Of a stretch of DNA of 64,000 bases, positions 35,391 through 48,569 are shown piece by piece (the stretch's first letter is position 1; the number at the start of each line of letters is the position of its first letter). The notes beneath the pieces were generated by a model, which was not told the DNA's origin, did no database searches, and worked only from the letters and a program-made list of their open reading frames with translations. The translations under genes and the position numbers were made by a program. Source of the DNA: Pseudogymnoascus verrucosus (Eukaryota); assembly GCA_001662655.1 (NCBI GenBank), contig KV460208.1. The stretch is one strand, 5' to 3'.

Positions 35391-35438
35391 TTTGAGACGC
35401 GACCCAAAGCGCGTCCCAAAGGTCGTAATTCACGTGAC
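35391..35438. promoter_or_regulatory. Inverted pair of MCB-like ACGCG cores plus a CACGTGAC E-box in the FTA4/ACAD divergent promoter
   Basis: TTTGAGACGCG-N8-CGCGTCCCAAA at 35391-35420; CACGTGAC at 35431. Confidence 0.5.
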
Positions 35439-35680
35439 TTGGCGGGGGGCATGTGAGTGTGAAATCGTTGTGTTTCTATTGGCCAGTTATGCCTCGGTCC
35501 TTTGCCGTCTACCCCGGATTATGCGGTCCCCACCGACGGATTTGGGGAACAACCATAGGCCACGCTCATTGTACTCCAACTGCTTCGGCTTGTTGTTTTA
35601 TTACTGCTATATCTTGCTCTATTCTTTCTATCTCCTTTCCATTCCCTCAAACTTTCGAATACGCATCGTTCATTTTAGCA

Positions 35681-37219
35681 ATGTCTTCAAATAACCTCAC
35701 TCGTGCCGAGGTGGCGAAACATACCACCGAGGACTCTACCTGGGTAATTATTGACCACAAGGTCTACGATTTGACCGACTTCGTCGACGCCCATCCCGGC
35801 GGAGAGTTCGTCCTTAAGCAAGTCGCTGGCCAAGACGCAACAGAGGCATTCTACAACCTCCATCGTCAGGAAGTCCTCCAGAAATACTCCGACCTTTGCA
35901 TCGGCACCCTCGAGAATGAGCAGCCCGAAGTTATCGAGAAGAAAGAAGGCGACCTAAGCCTTGTCCCATACGGCGAGCCGACATGGCTGAGACCCGAGTT
36001 CCACAGCCCTTACTACAATGATTCGCATCGTAGGCTTCAAAAGGCGATTCGGTTGTTTGTAGACAAATACGTCACCCCCGAGGCCGAAGAGTCTGAGCGG
36101 ACTGGCGCACATATTAGCCAGGAGCTCATCAACCGTATGTCAGAAGCTGGTATTCTCCACATGCGTATAGGCCCCGGAAAGCACATGCACGGTGTTAAGT
36201 TACTTGGTGGGGTTATGATGGGCGACGATTTTGACTACTTCCACGACTCCATCGTCGGGCAGGAGCTTGCGAGACCATTCCAGAGAGGATTCCAAGATGG
36301 TAACATGGCAGGCATGACGATTAGTTTGACGGCCGTTATTAACTTCGCCAACAACGAGGAGTGGAAGAACAAGATTGCACAAGAGTGTTTCAGTGGCAAG
36401 AAGAAGATCTCCCTAGCTATCACCGAGGCCTTCGCTGGCTCGGATGTTGCTGGCATCCGCACCACCGCCGTCAAGACTCCTGATGGAAAGCACTACATCG
36501 TTAACGGCACGAAGAAGTGGATCACCAACGGCGTATGGTCCGACTACTTCGTCACCGGCGTCAAGACCGACAAGGGTCTCTCCGTACTCCTCATCGAGCG
36601 AGGCCCGGGCGTCGAGACAAAGGCCATCAAGACCGCCTACTCCGCCGCTGCAGGAACCACCTTCATCACCTTCGACAACGTCAAGGTGCCCGTGGAGAAC
36701 CTTCTCGGTGTTGAGAACAAGGGTATCCACGTCATCCTGTCCAACTTCAACCACGAGCGCTGGATGATGGTCAACTCTGTCCTCAGATGGTCTCGTACCG
36801 TGACTGAGGAGTGCATGAAGTGGGCGGCGCAGCGCGTCGTCTTCGGCAAGAAGCTCAATGAGCAGGCCGTTGTGCGCGCGAAGCTTGCGAAGATGATTGC
36901 CCACGTCGAGGCCAACCAGGCGTGGTTGGAGAACATCACTTTCCAGATGACCAAGATGCCATATTCGGAGCAGGCCAAGCACTTGGCTGGCCCGATTGGC
37001 CTGCTCAAGATGTTTGCTACGAGGAGTGCGCACGAGATTGCCGATGAGGCGGTGCAAATTTTCGGAGGCAGAGGGTTGACACAGACGGGAATGGGCAGAG
37101 TGGTCGAGGCGTTCCACAGAACGTATAAGTTCGATGCTATTCTAGGTGGCGCAGAGGAGGTTCTGGGTGATCTTGGAGTTAGACAGGCGATGAAGCAGAT
37201 GCCAAAGAGTATGTTGTAA
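35681..37219 (+). CDS. Cytochrome b5-fused acyl-CoA dehydrogenase, intronless, C-terminal SML
   Basis: b5 domain EVAKH...KVYDLTDFVDAHPGG. ACAD motifs LAITEAFAGSDVAG, VNGTKKWITNG, FDNVKVP, NFNHERW, AVQIFGGRG and ILGGAEEVL. Confidence 0.93.
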   Translation: MSSNNLTRAEVAKHTTEDSTWVIIDHKVYDLTDFVDAHPGGEFVLKQVAGQDATEAFYNLHRQEVLQKYSDLCIGTLENEQPEVIEKKEGDLSLVPYGEPTWLRPEFHSPYYNDSHRRLQKAIRLFVDKYVTPEAEESERTGAHISQELINRMSEAGILHMRIGPGKHMHGVKLLGGVMMGDDFDYFHDSIVGQELARPFQRGFQDGNMAGMTISLTAVINFANNEEWKNKIAQECFSGKKKISLAITEAFAGSDVAGIRTTAVKTPDGKHYIVNGTKKWITNGVWSDYFVTGVKTDKGLSVLLIERGPGVETKAIKTAYSAAAGTTFITFDNVKVPVENLLGVENKGIHVILSNFNHERWMMVNSVLRWSRTVTEECMKWAAQRVVFGKKLNEQAVVRAKLAKMIAHVEANQAWLENITFQMTKMPYSEQAKHLAGPIGLLKMFATRSAHEIADEAVQIFGGRGLTQTGMGRVVEAFHRTYKFDAILGGAEEVLGDLGVRQAMKQMPKSML

Positions 37220-38245
37220 TTATATATAGCGAGAGATGTGTTACAAGAGTTTCTGATATAATGGAACGAATATATAACGTCAGTTTACGGGTTCTAGTCC
37301 CACTCATAAATTGTTTGTTTTCTCGATTTGTGTAAGGCCGCCCTAACACCAACGAAATGAATGCCAGCCATCATGTCTAGAACCCTCGAGACATAACACC
37401 AACCAGTCACCGTTACACTGCGTTACATTGAGAAAAGTGTTTCACTTGTTTTTTCATCACCGCTTCTGCCATTTTCATGTCGCCGTTTGAAAGCTCATGA
37501 CCGCCACTAGTGTTACTCCTCGTCGCCGCCCTTACCTGTCGTGATTTTCATGTCACCGTTTGAAACTCTCAGTACCATGATTATCTTGACCAGGTAATGT
37601 CGTGGACTACAATTTACAGGTCGTGATTGCGGTTGTCAAACCTATCACTACTAACGCACCAACTGAGTGTATTTTCGTTTCTCCTTGGTTGATGAGAGAA
37701 GGCCGACTTCCATTTTTTACAAGCTTGATTTAAATATAGACATAGAAGCCGCGAGGTCAAAGGAGAAGATGTATACGGATTTTAAGACATCCCCTGGTAA
37801 TATTCTCTGATGCAAAGCGGATGATTTCCCCAGCTGTCAGGAGGGCATTGGGAGAAAGGCGGCTCAGAGCATTGGGATGCAAAAGGGGCCCAATAATTAT
37901 ACACATTTCCCACTGGCTCTCTTTATCAATATAGTCACTGTGAAATAGCTGTTATACGATCTTATTCCAATCTCAAAATACTATCCCAGATCCGGCTTGC
38001 CGCCGCAAACCCAATTCTTCTAGTAGCAGCGTGGCTCGATTTACCAAAAAACCCGCACTATAGACTCGCAGGCGCCAGTCCATGGCGTGGTGAAATATAA
38101 AACCACACACTCAATCCCTCCACAATGATCTTCCTAAACGCCATCTAAACTCCAATATCCCATGCAATTTAATTCGCTCAAAAACATCATGCACGCTACC
38201 CCCTTCGCTCAATCATAACCTCCGTTCCTTGCCAGCAGGCACGTA

Positions 38246-41200
38246 CTAATGCCGTTTGTATTTCTATCACCAGTTAGTATACCTCCTTGACCAACAGCAG
38301 CGTAAAAGTAAATGGGAGAAACTTACATCATCAACTCTTCTCAAATTCCCCGGATCCACCCAATTACCCACCCCCAACAGCGTCTTCCCGACCGCCTTCG
38401 TCCCTCCCACAAGCGGCCTCAGAATAACCGTCGGCGCCCTCCGTCCCACAGCCCGGACCGCACCAACCGCACTCCCGCTCTCCATAACCTCACCAGGAAC
38501 CGCAATAATCGCATCTCGTGCCATGACCAGGTCGCGCTCGAGGCTCTTGTATGCACCGCGCAGGCCCTGCACCACACCCACAGGTTGGTCGGCATACAAA
38601 CTAACCAGGCGCGGCTCATCGGAGTCAGAGTCTCCATCGTTGTCCCAATCTCCCCCAGTGCGATGATGTGGAGCTGGAGAGACTCCCAAGACGCCTTCCG
38701 CGCCCTCGAGCACTGTCTGTGTCCCAATTGCCAGTTTGGCACCAAGTTTGATTATTTCTGTGCCAGACGTTTTGGCAAACGCTGCGGCGCCTTTTCCGAG
38801 AGCCCTCACCAGGCGCCCATCCTTCCGATACTCGCGAACGGGGATTTCAATTAGGTCTCTTACGCCGCCTCCGAAGTTTGCAAGGCTGCGTACGGGTGCT
38901 AGGCCCGCAAGGATTCCTGGTAGTTGGTTTTGCTTGATCTCTGGCATCCAAACATCGTTCAGCATCTTGCCTAGCCTATCGAAACCAGATACACCGTAGA
39001 GGATCGTGTGTCTAAGCACCATGTTCGCTTCATCCAGGACTATAAAGTTCATGAATTCCGTGGTGTGCCCAGAGCGGAGGCCGCCGTAGTCAACGCGTTT
39101 TGGCTTGAAGTCTAGCTTGACTTGGACATCGTTCACTTCTGCGCGCTGAATGAAAGGTGGTTCCGACGGAGCACCAGAAGGTGTGTTTGACGTGTCCTTA
39201 AACTCGAAGAAACGAGTTATGAAATCCAAGGCATCTTGATCGACGTGTAGGCGAAGTGGAAGCACAGTGGCCCGAAGCACGATTTCAGATGCGGCAAGTT
39301 CGGCAACGGGGCGGACGTTGAGTAACTCAATATGGATCTGGCTCGAACCTGACTCACGTTCGCCGGCGTCGTGCATATACGTAGCAAACTTCTTCCATGT
39401 AGAAGTTGGAACATGGTCGTAGATGTCAAAATCGTGAACACGGATGTCGATTGAGCTCTGGGTTTCACCGGATCCAGGTGGGAATGCAATAACATCCGCA
39501 TTGACGCCCTTGAGCTCGAAGGTGATTTTGTGATGCTTGCTCCTGTTAAGTCGAAGTCGCTTCCCTTTAACTCTGGGTGGTCCACCCTGCCGGCTTGGGG
39601 AAGCTGAAACTGTTGTCGGCGCTAGAGATTCGGTCTCCGTTGCATTATCATGTAGCTCTCGGTTGATAGCTGCAGCCAGCTCCCTTGGATCTCTATTGCC
39701 TGGAACACCAATATAGATGGAATTGAACAGGAAGTCGCCAATGACTGTTTCTTCCTCTTCGAAATCTAGTTCAACAGCCGTAGAGCGTCTGTCTCTTCGT
39801 GCACGCGTATCACTAGCTCTCGACTCAATGTCTTGAACAGTCTTCGTAATTGTATCTCGTGTTGCCTGCCAGTCGTATCCATCAAACAAGTTCCAAATTA
39901 CATGCACATCCCGTACACAAACTTTCAAAGGACTCTCCCGTACTTTATACGTATCCGACTTGTCGTACATGTTTTTCGCCGAATTCCACCGATGCGCCGT
40001 GCCTTCCACCATGGAACCGCTGCCGAAGTAATCCTCCTTAAAATCCAATTCTTCATTTATATGTACATGTTGTTTGGAAGAGAAGCTTTCGAGGAGAACG
40101 CCATCGTCTGTGTCTTGGCCTGGATTGTTGTATTGATCGAAAAGCAGCGAGCCGTGTTGGGATGACTCGCCTAGACTATCTTCTCGTAATGAGTTGGCTG
40201 GCCTTGCGTAATATTGAGAGTCAAAGTCGAGATTCGAGTTGTCGCTGATATCACTCCCAAGGCGGCTTCCAAACTCATCGTCGAAGTTAAAATCTCCCGC
40301 AGGGTTGTTGCTCTCGAAGGCGTCTCCAGTGAATGAGGCAAGAAGATCTTGCATCGGCATGACTTTGGTGCGGTATTTGACTTCCTTGCTAGGCGGGGAC
40401 GGTGGCGCCAACGCAGCGAGTGCAGCAATAAGCGTTTGTGTAGAATCGGCGCAAGTTTCCAGAACAAACAGCTCGTCAAGCAACTCAACATCAATATTCT
40501 TCTCACCCGGTTTCTTGCCTGTTGATACCCGTACAATTGCCTTGGCGGACGCAACATATCCAAGACAAACAAATCCACGTGAACAGAGATCAGCGACTTG
40601 AGAGCTTCCACCATCGAATGATTGCCGCCTGCTTTTGTTCGCAAGGGTTGGCGCTGTGATGTTTGCAACATCATCGATGGCAACCAAGGAGCCTTTCCCC
40701 CATTCTGCGGTGACATTTGTATTGTTATCTTCTGGCAGCACTGCCGAGACGTGGCCTTCAGTCATCACCACTAGAATCTTTGATGGTAGTCCCAGAGGAT
40801 TCAATGCCAAAATACATTCTCGGATTGCAACATCCACAGTCAATGCCTTCGACTCCTGGCTCTTTGGTCCCTTTTCTTTGGCCTCGCCACGCTGCATTGC
40901 GAGAGATATCTGTTTGCGGTCTGTCAACGTAGCCACAGACGCAGCAATTCCAGTAGCCATATCTTCTGTAGTGGCATTATCCTTGAGGCCGAGAAGAGTC
41001 ATCAGGGTAGGCACATTGTACTCTAATCGTAGATTCCAGAGCTTGAGTTTGATGACTGGTTCCATTTCATCACCGATCATACGTGCCATGATTGCAGGCG
41101 ATCGATCTTTAGCTGGGCGTAGCTCCACGGTCGTGGCAGCACATATTATTTCCTCGGTGTCGTTTCGGTGGACAGTAAAAGTATCCATTGACAGAGCCAC

Positions 41201-44200
41201 AAGTGCCGGTAAGGTTATTTGGGCAACCTCGATATCTGTTGCCCGTGCTTGGAAATTGCCAATTGTCTTATTAATATCCACCTTCAGATCAAACTTTTTG
41301 ACCAAGACAAGAGAGAGGAATCCAGGTCGATCATCTTGAGGCAAATACTTGGCTACAGTTGAGAGCTTGGAGACTTCTTCGCCCAGATCAGGCAGATATT
41401 TGAGCTGTTCCAGATGTGCAACGCGAGATTTGAACTGATCTATGTTTACTCGGAGAACGGCCCCCTGTCGCCGCTGCCGCAGAAGGGTCTCAAGTAAGAT
41501 ATCATCGTCCCGGTCATATTTCGATTTTGACGGTGTAATTAAAGCCAGTAATCGGTCAAGATCAGCACTTTTTGGCGCTTCCAAATATTCCAGTCGCATT
41601 CCAGTCAGTTCTGCGCGAATCGCGGGCTCATCGTTGGAAAAGGTAGCTAGATGGGGCCCTGTTATCTTCGTTTGATCAATGGCAACTGCAATACCCTCAT
41701 CGCGGCTGACAATTTTGACGGCTGTCGTATCGAGACCAACGCTGCAGTCTTTACCAATAAGATCCAGTACAAATCCGGCAATTCGGGCATCGACCTTGGT
41801 CTGTGACGACACCGACTCATCGTCTGGCATTATCGGGGCATCGAACCTTACGCCTCGAGGTTTTGTCTTAGCAGGGCTCGAGGTTGTCATCGTAGCGCTT
41901 GATGCCATAGAACTGGTCATGTTCAGAACACTACTCAGGCCACCAAACCAGCTGAATGTTTCGTCAAGCTTCTGTAGGTTGATGGATAAGTGTATTGGCA
42001 GAGTAAAAATGCTGTAGCGACTTGTGACTGGAGTTTTTAACATTTTGACGGATACATCAACACCAGCCGTAGCTGCTAGATCTCTGACAGATTCTCTCAT
42101 ACGGAGATCTGCATCGAATGAGAGTATATTCTCTTTGGCATAGCCAAATACGAACTTCTGTAGCGTAATAGAAGCAGCTGTTGAGGCTTGTGAAATATCA
42201 TAACTGATATCAAGCCCCTTCAAGGTAGTCCGCAGCAAGACGTCAGAGCTTGGAGGTTTGACCACATACTCCTCCCCAAAGGGGGCATCCGGTATCCTCG
42301 TGCCCGGCAGTCTTTCCAGAAATTTTACAGAGAAACGATCTGCATGGAACTTAACTGACACCGGTGAAACGTCCTTTTCTTCTTCTGGCGCTGAAGCTTG
42401 GCTTCGCTGATTACCTTCAAATACGGCAGATATGCTTTGGAATAGCTTGAAAAGAAGCCGTGCCACAGAAACATCGACCTGTGCGTATAGTTGACCAAGA
42501 ACTATCTCGATGGTGGTAGATTTGGAATCTTCCTTCGCCGGAAGCTCATGTTTCTTAGGCTTATCTTGTTCAGAAACAGATGGGCGTTCACGAGCTCGGA
42601 TTGAGGGTGTGGAGAATGCTCCAGGCAAATCTGGTGCTAAAAATCGGGATCCTGACGCCTGGGGACCATATATACTAGCTCGAGCAGACGCTTCCATAGC
42701 AGCAGCTTCTGTTGCAGTGGCTTGGTCCAATGTCCCGTTCCCGTCAGCTGTAGGAGGGAGATATATACCAACATGGTCCAGGCTAAACAGCTGTTTGGCC
42801 ATCCTATTATCTCGATCCGAGGAGATATTGGATGCCTCGGAGATATTGGTTTCTGTTTTCTTTATCGGCGGAATGGATGCATCAAAGTGATCTTCCGTGG
42901 GTGTCTCTGATTGCATGTCGGGTTCAGCTGTGAAGTCTGATTCCGAGTTGATAGATTTCGCCTTCTCGGTAGGAACAGGAATCTCATATTTTCCGTCTTC
43001 AAGTATGCTTTCAGCGGCACTATCAGGGCGATACGGCATTTCAGCTCCAGAACTTCCCCCTAGTTCTGGAGTCCGGGGTGGTTCCGGAGCCTCGGTCGAA
43101 TCGCTGCCTGGAACATTGTATCCGCCCGGTGCCTCTTCGTGCCTCGAGCCGTGAGACAACGCACTCATATACATGCTCTCAGCATCTTCGTGGGTAAACA
43201 ATCTAGACTCCGCCAGGCTTTCATAATCCGACGGCGAGTCACTGACATCAGACGGCGGGCCTGACCTTTTGCCAGTCAAATTCGGCATAGAAGCAAATGT
43301 CTCCTCATAGTGGGAGTGGCCGCTCTTGTGCATAGCCACAGGCTCTGAATTTGCCACCCCAGCATGAGGGCGGACGATCCCAGGAGCTCTGATCTGTGAC
43401 CCTGCAACAGAAGCTCCCCGAGGATCAAGCCTAGAGCTCGATGCCAGCGAAGCAGGATTGGTAAATCTGCTTCTATGAAGTCCTTTATCCGAGGACAAAA
43501 ACATGGACGCCCGTGGTGTAGACTGCGGGGATTTCTCAGAGGACAGCTTTTTCTCGTGAACACTTCCAAATGGAAAGTCGTTTCTCTCTTCACCACTACC
43601 GTCATCTAAAAATTGGCTCTCAGCGACTTCATCCAAAAATTTGGAGTTATCCAGTATGCTGTGGCTCATCATATCGGCTGGAAGTTCGTCCATAGCATCT
43701 GGGTGGTCGTCATCTTCCGGCGCGTCATCAAATCGTCCTGATGCTTCCAGGGAGTGGCCAATGCTGGATACTACTGGCGACGTTGGGTTTGACACCGCTG
43801 GGTTTGACACCTCGTCGTCATGGGGCACAGGTGACGACGCGAGATTTGATGTAGAGAGGCTATCTCTAACTGACAGTGGTGGTGATTCTATATCAGACCT
43901 GGCATTGAAGCCTTGTCGGGAAAGGCTCTGGCTTTTCAGACTTCGCAAGTCTGAATGCGTTGCCGCAGGAGATGGCATCCCTGACGAGCGCGCAAGGCTC
44001 GCAAAGTGCCCAGCATCTGAAATGAGAAATCCACGAAGGTTCCTGAGGCTAACTAGCCTCTTCTCATCCTTGAGTGGCAAGACTGGAGTTTCCGCATCAA
44101 CCTTCCCTTCATCTTTATCAGCTGTTGTGCCGAAAGTAACACCTTCAATATCTATATCCTCGATGTCTATCTGCAGTGTAACTGGGTCCATTGTCGACTG

Positions 44201-44978
44201 TCCCAGCGACTCGACAGGAATATCCACATCGAGATTCAGCTTGATACTGCGGACCCTCACTTGAAGTCTGTCGACGATACCCTTCAAGAAATTTGCCATA
44301 AACGCTGGTAACGCCAGGGCCGCCCCAGTCCCAACTGTGGAGTCGTCGTCTCCATCGTCGCTCAGAGAAGCCACAGACTGGCTCGTGATGGCTGCTTCCA
44401 GTTCCGCCCTCTCTTCCGGTGTCTCGGTCTGTATAAATGACTGCGCTAGATCCGCTACCGTAGGTATCGGAGAACCTGGATCATCGTTGGATTCTGGCCC
44501 GCCTGGCCGGGACCCGTCTGCAGTTTTACTTTGTTTCCTGTCATGTCCAGCCGTAGACTTCCCCTTCGCGATGCCGTGTTCGCCCTCAGGTGACACTTTT
44601 ATATGCCCTTCCACCCCATCAACCTCCACCACAATGGGGCTACTGTATATATCGACCGGTATAGTCAAACGGAGCAACAGCACCTGGGCCTTCGCGAGTT
44701 CGATATTCGGGGGTAGTTTGAGCATAGTTCCAAGTTTCTAACGGTTCATACATAGTCAGCATAGTTCTAGCACACGCCACCTCAGCGCCAGAGTAGTGAT
44801 CGGGAGCCGTTACCTTCAACCGCAACCCCACATCGCGGAACTCCAGAGTGCTCTTGGAGCCCCATGATATGTCCAGGCGGTCCAGATCCAGCGCATCTGT
44901 ATCTAGAATCTCCAGCCGCGAAAGAGCATACCGTAGCAGCCGCTTCTGTATCGACGTCGGGAGGAGGAACGAAGCCAT
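38246..44978 (-). CDS. ATG2: Autophagy-related protein 2
   Basis: Chorein N-terminus [60 protein letters not shown] and SLYADQP. The last intron is followed by KYKRH and a stop at 38246-38248. Confidence 0.95.
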
Positions 44979-45753
44979 AGCCGCGGACGTTGGGAGCCTG
45001 CCCCGCGGCCTGTAGCTCTGGCTATATGTTATAGCAATCCCAGCAGTAACAAAGCTTCGTGATAGCTTCGCACTGTTTCAAATATCAGTTTCGTAACGTG
45101 CGGTCCACTACCGCCCCTTCAAAGGACGCTTCCAAGTCTAGCGTCACAAGTGGTGCGTCTTCGCCGCTTCCCCGCCGCGCATGTCTGATCTGTTTTAGGG
45201 TATGTGCAGAAGTATAACAATAATCCTCTTAGGCCAGAATGCACATTTTCAGTCCCCTTACTGCCGCAGTATTAAGGATATTAAGAGGCGACAATAAGAC
45301 CAAGAGAAAGAACAGAGTCCGTTAGGTGAGGTTGTGAGCTGGCTGGTGTGAATGATGGTGAGCTACCAGGGGGGTTACCTGGGTGGTGCCGCTTCGCCTA
45401 GCGTTATCGATAACCAATCGCTGCGCTAGGGGCGGCACTCGGTATCAGCACACCCGCCCAGGTCAGGGTTAGTCAGGTTCGGTCAGTGGTGTTTCCGCTC
45501 CGCTCCAATACCCTTCTCACGCAACAGCTGCCCATGTGTCATGAGACAGCCAACCACCTTACAAATACGGGGTCCGAAATTCTAGGTATCGACATACAGG
45601 CCATCATATCACATAGACGTCATCATATTTGTTTTGGATAATATTTTAACAGTAACAAATTCTACATCCCCAAGTGTTGAAATATGGGGATCCATCTATG
45701 ATGAATATTCCTTGTCCCCTGGTCCGCTCCCAAGACGCCAATAAACCCACACA

Positions 45754-47525
45754 TTAAGCCTTACTAGCTGCATCATCCCCATACTCCGTCACGATCCAAA
45801 GGCAGAACTTCTCCCACTCAAGCGCCCACTCCCGCATTCTCTCTCCCCTAACACTTTGGCCCAGAGTGCCCTGCTTGATGCCCTCGAGCCACTCGGCGTT
45901 GGTCTGATCCTCGAATGCCGCATACCGAACGCTGTTCTCTGCCAACGAGCCCAGACCTGCTAGACCAAGGTTGTCCCACCCTTGAAGAGCCTGCCAGAAG
46001 TCGTGCGTCGAACCAGCGGTATCTTGACCAAGGATCGCAGGGTCATCGTTGCAGAGTGAGCAAGACACGCCACGAGCAAGGAGCGCAGGGAGCGGGTGGG
46101 ATATGATCGAGGTGCAGAGGCGCAATACTTCGTTGCTAATGGGGCAACTTTCGATGAGAATCTTCTTCTCCTTCACCATGTCGATGAGAAGCGGATGCTT
46201 GTAGAGTGAGAATCCGTGTCCAATTCTGCGGGTTCCAAGAAGAATGGCATCAAAGATGTTTTGATCCGTATCGTTGCCGTCACCCAACGTCTCTCCTGCG
46301 TGGAAGAAGAAGGGAATGTTGACTCCTTCATCAGCACACTGCTTGCGGAACCAGAAGAGCTCAGGCAAGATCTCCTTCAGTGGCCTTCCCATGTCCTCTT
46401 GGCCGACGAGATCATAGCCACAGATTAGGTGAGGATACGCCAGCTTAACCTCGATGCAGTTATCCATATCCTCGATAACCCACCTGAGGTCCAATCTCCT
46501 GAGACCTGTCCAGATCATCCTCAACCCCCAAAACCCCTTGCCCTCTTCCGATGCCTTGAATTTCTCGACTTCCTCGCCGAGGACTTTGAACATTCCGACG
46601 TACCCCTTTTCTGGGGTCTCCTTCCCCTCTTTGTGGAACTGGAATGCGAAAGCAAGTCGTAAATCAACCCACTTGACTCCATCTGCATTCAGGAGATGCA
46701 TCATCCTCTGCAAGAATGCCCTGAAAATCGGCTCGTAAGACGTAAGACCAGCAAGCATGCCGAAAATCGACTGGAATCTCCTCCAGACATGGTCTACACC
46801 GTGGTGGTGTTGCAAGCTCTCCTCTCTCGAAATCGTAAACCTGTTCTTCAGGTACTTTATAAATCCCTCGCTGCCACCAGGATGTAGCTCCGCCGCCCTC
46901 GTCACCAGCACCGGATCATTACTATTATAATCCGCCTTCCAAATATCCGTCTCCTTCGGCGCCGCACTCTTAAAGCAGAACCTCAACATCCCATTCTCCG
47001 CCTTCTCCGGCGTCGCCAAATCCGTCTCGCAAAAAATACACATCCCCGGCGTCCGCATCAGCTCGTCAATCAGAAAGTCGAAATCGACCATAGCGTCCAT
47101 ATGCGCGTGCAGCAGCGCACCCTTGGGCATCTGTCTGATTATCTTCCACAGTCGCGTCTTCTCCATTGTCTCCTTCGCAAGGCCGAACATCATACCGGGG
47201 TATGCGGCCGTCTCGCTCTCGCATGCCACGGCGGCGTCGAGCTGCGGTGTCCAGATCGTGTCGCGCTCCTCGTCGCGGATGCGGGAGACGATTGCGCAGG
47301 CATCGCGGGCGATGGGGGAGAGGGATTGGCGGAATGCATAGTCTGGCGCGGTTGTTAGAAGCTGACGCCTTCAATGGGGACGTGTAAATGGGTATTACCG
47401 CTACGTTGCTTCTTTTCTTGGGCGATTAATGCTTCTCGTCCGCTGAGGTATTTCTGGATGAATGGTTCATCCACGGACGGCACCGTCTGGATAACCTCTT
47501 CCCACTCATCGTCTGGCATAGGCAT
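45754..47525 (-). CDS. Adenosine deaminase-related growth factor family (ADA2/CECR1-like), one intron
   Basis: MPKGALLHAH, GYDLVGQED, FFFHAGET, DAILLGTRRIGHG, ESCPISNEVL and NDDPAILG. Confidence 0.92.
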
Positions 47526-48569
47526 CTTGATCGCTGGCACGGCCTCTGAAATAAGGAAGAAAATTTATTAAGCCTTTTTAGGAGTGGGGGTGTTTATTGT
47601 GCATATGTGAAATCGTACCTGCACTTTATATGTATGTCAGGGAGTTTGGCGGGGTAAGATCAACGACCGTTTTCAGTTGGTCATCGTTTGCAAACCTCCT
47701 GCCACTTTGAGAGGACAAGATTTTAAACTCCACTTTAGGCAACTCAACTCGTGAGTCAGATAGTTTTACTATTCAACTGCCGACTACCTGCTTATCTTAA
47801 CGTGCAATATCATATCTCCTCAAATAATACCAACATGCCACATTGGTGGTCACGTGTTGTCGCGGGGTACAGCCTTGCAATATGACGTCACAGGACGCGT
47901 AAAACATTGTAACAATATATGAGAATTCGACGAAACTTATATGTCTATAGTCGCGTCTTCAATAGAATTAGATCCCTATAAATATCATTTCGACGTGCAT
48001 TACCGTCTACTACCTACGTTTAGTCACCGCCTTCGGTCGAGGTGATTAATCCGAGTGACGGTGGCATGCTGTTCCTCAAACCGTGATTCAAGCTTTGCAT
48101 AACCCAGCTTCAAATCATTAATTTCGCGCGGCTTACTCGATATAAATATTTCAACAACTTTCTCTGAAGAATATGCCGTAAACAGCTCAACTAGTAGACA
48201 TGGATGTTATTGACAGGAGTGGGTTTAGATCCAGATGGGCCGACTGATTACATAGCCTTGCAAAAAGTGGCGCTTACGTAATACTCTTTGTCTACCAGCC
48301 ATGAACCAGGCAGGCGCAAGAGCAGATAACCATCGCTCCTTCCCCATCCTCACCCACTTCGACCGGAGTTATACTTCATCGCAAAGCCTCATATTCTCTT
48401 GGCTTTATTCACCACCGAATCCGCAAACTGACATACGGATCTCGCGCGCCGACAGTGCCAATCATCCTCCTACAAGGCGGAGGCGAATTCGAAAAATCAT
48501 CAACGACCCGGCGCAGACATCGCATAATACAACCTCCTCCCCAGATCTAAACTCTTCTCAGCCGTCAAG

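Noticed and set aside
35453..35680. N-terminal ORF extensions from non-ATG starts (ACAD, aguA, SGF29, sugar transporter)
   Set aside because: Artefacts of the ORF track's alternative start codons and unspliced reading; better ATG starts exist.
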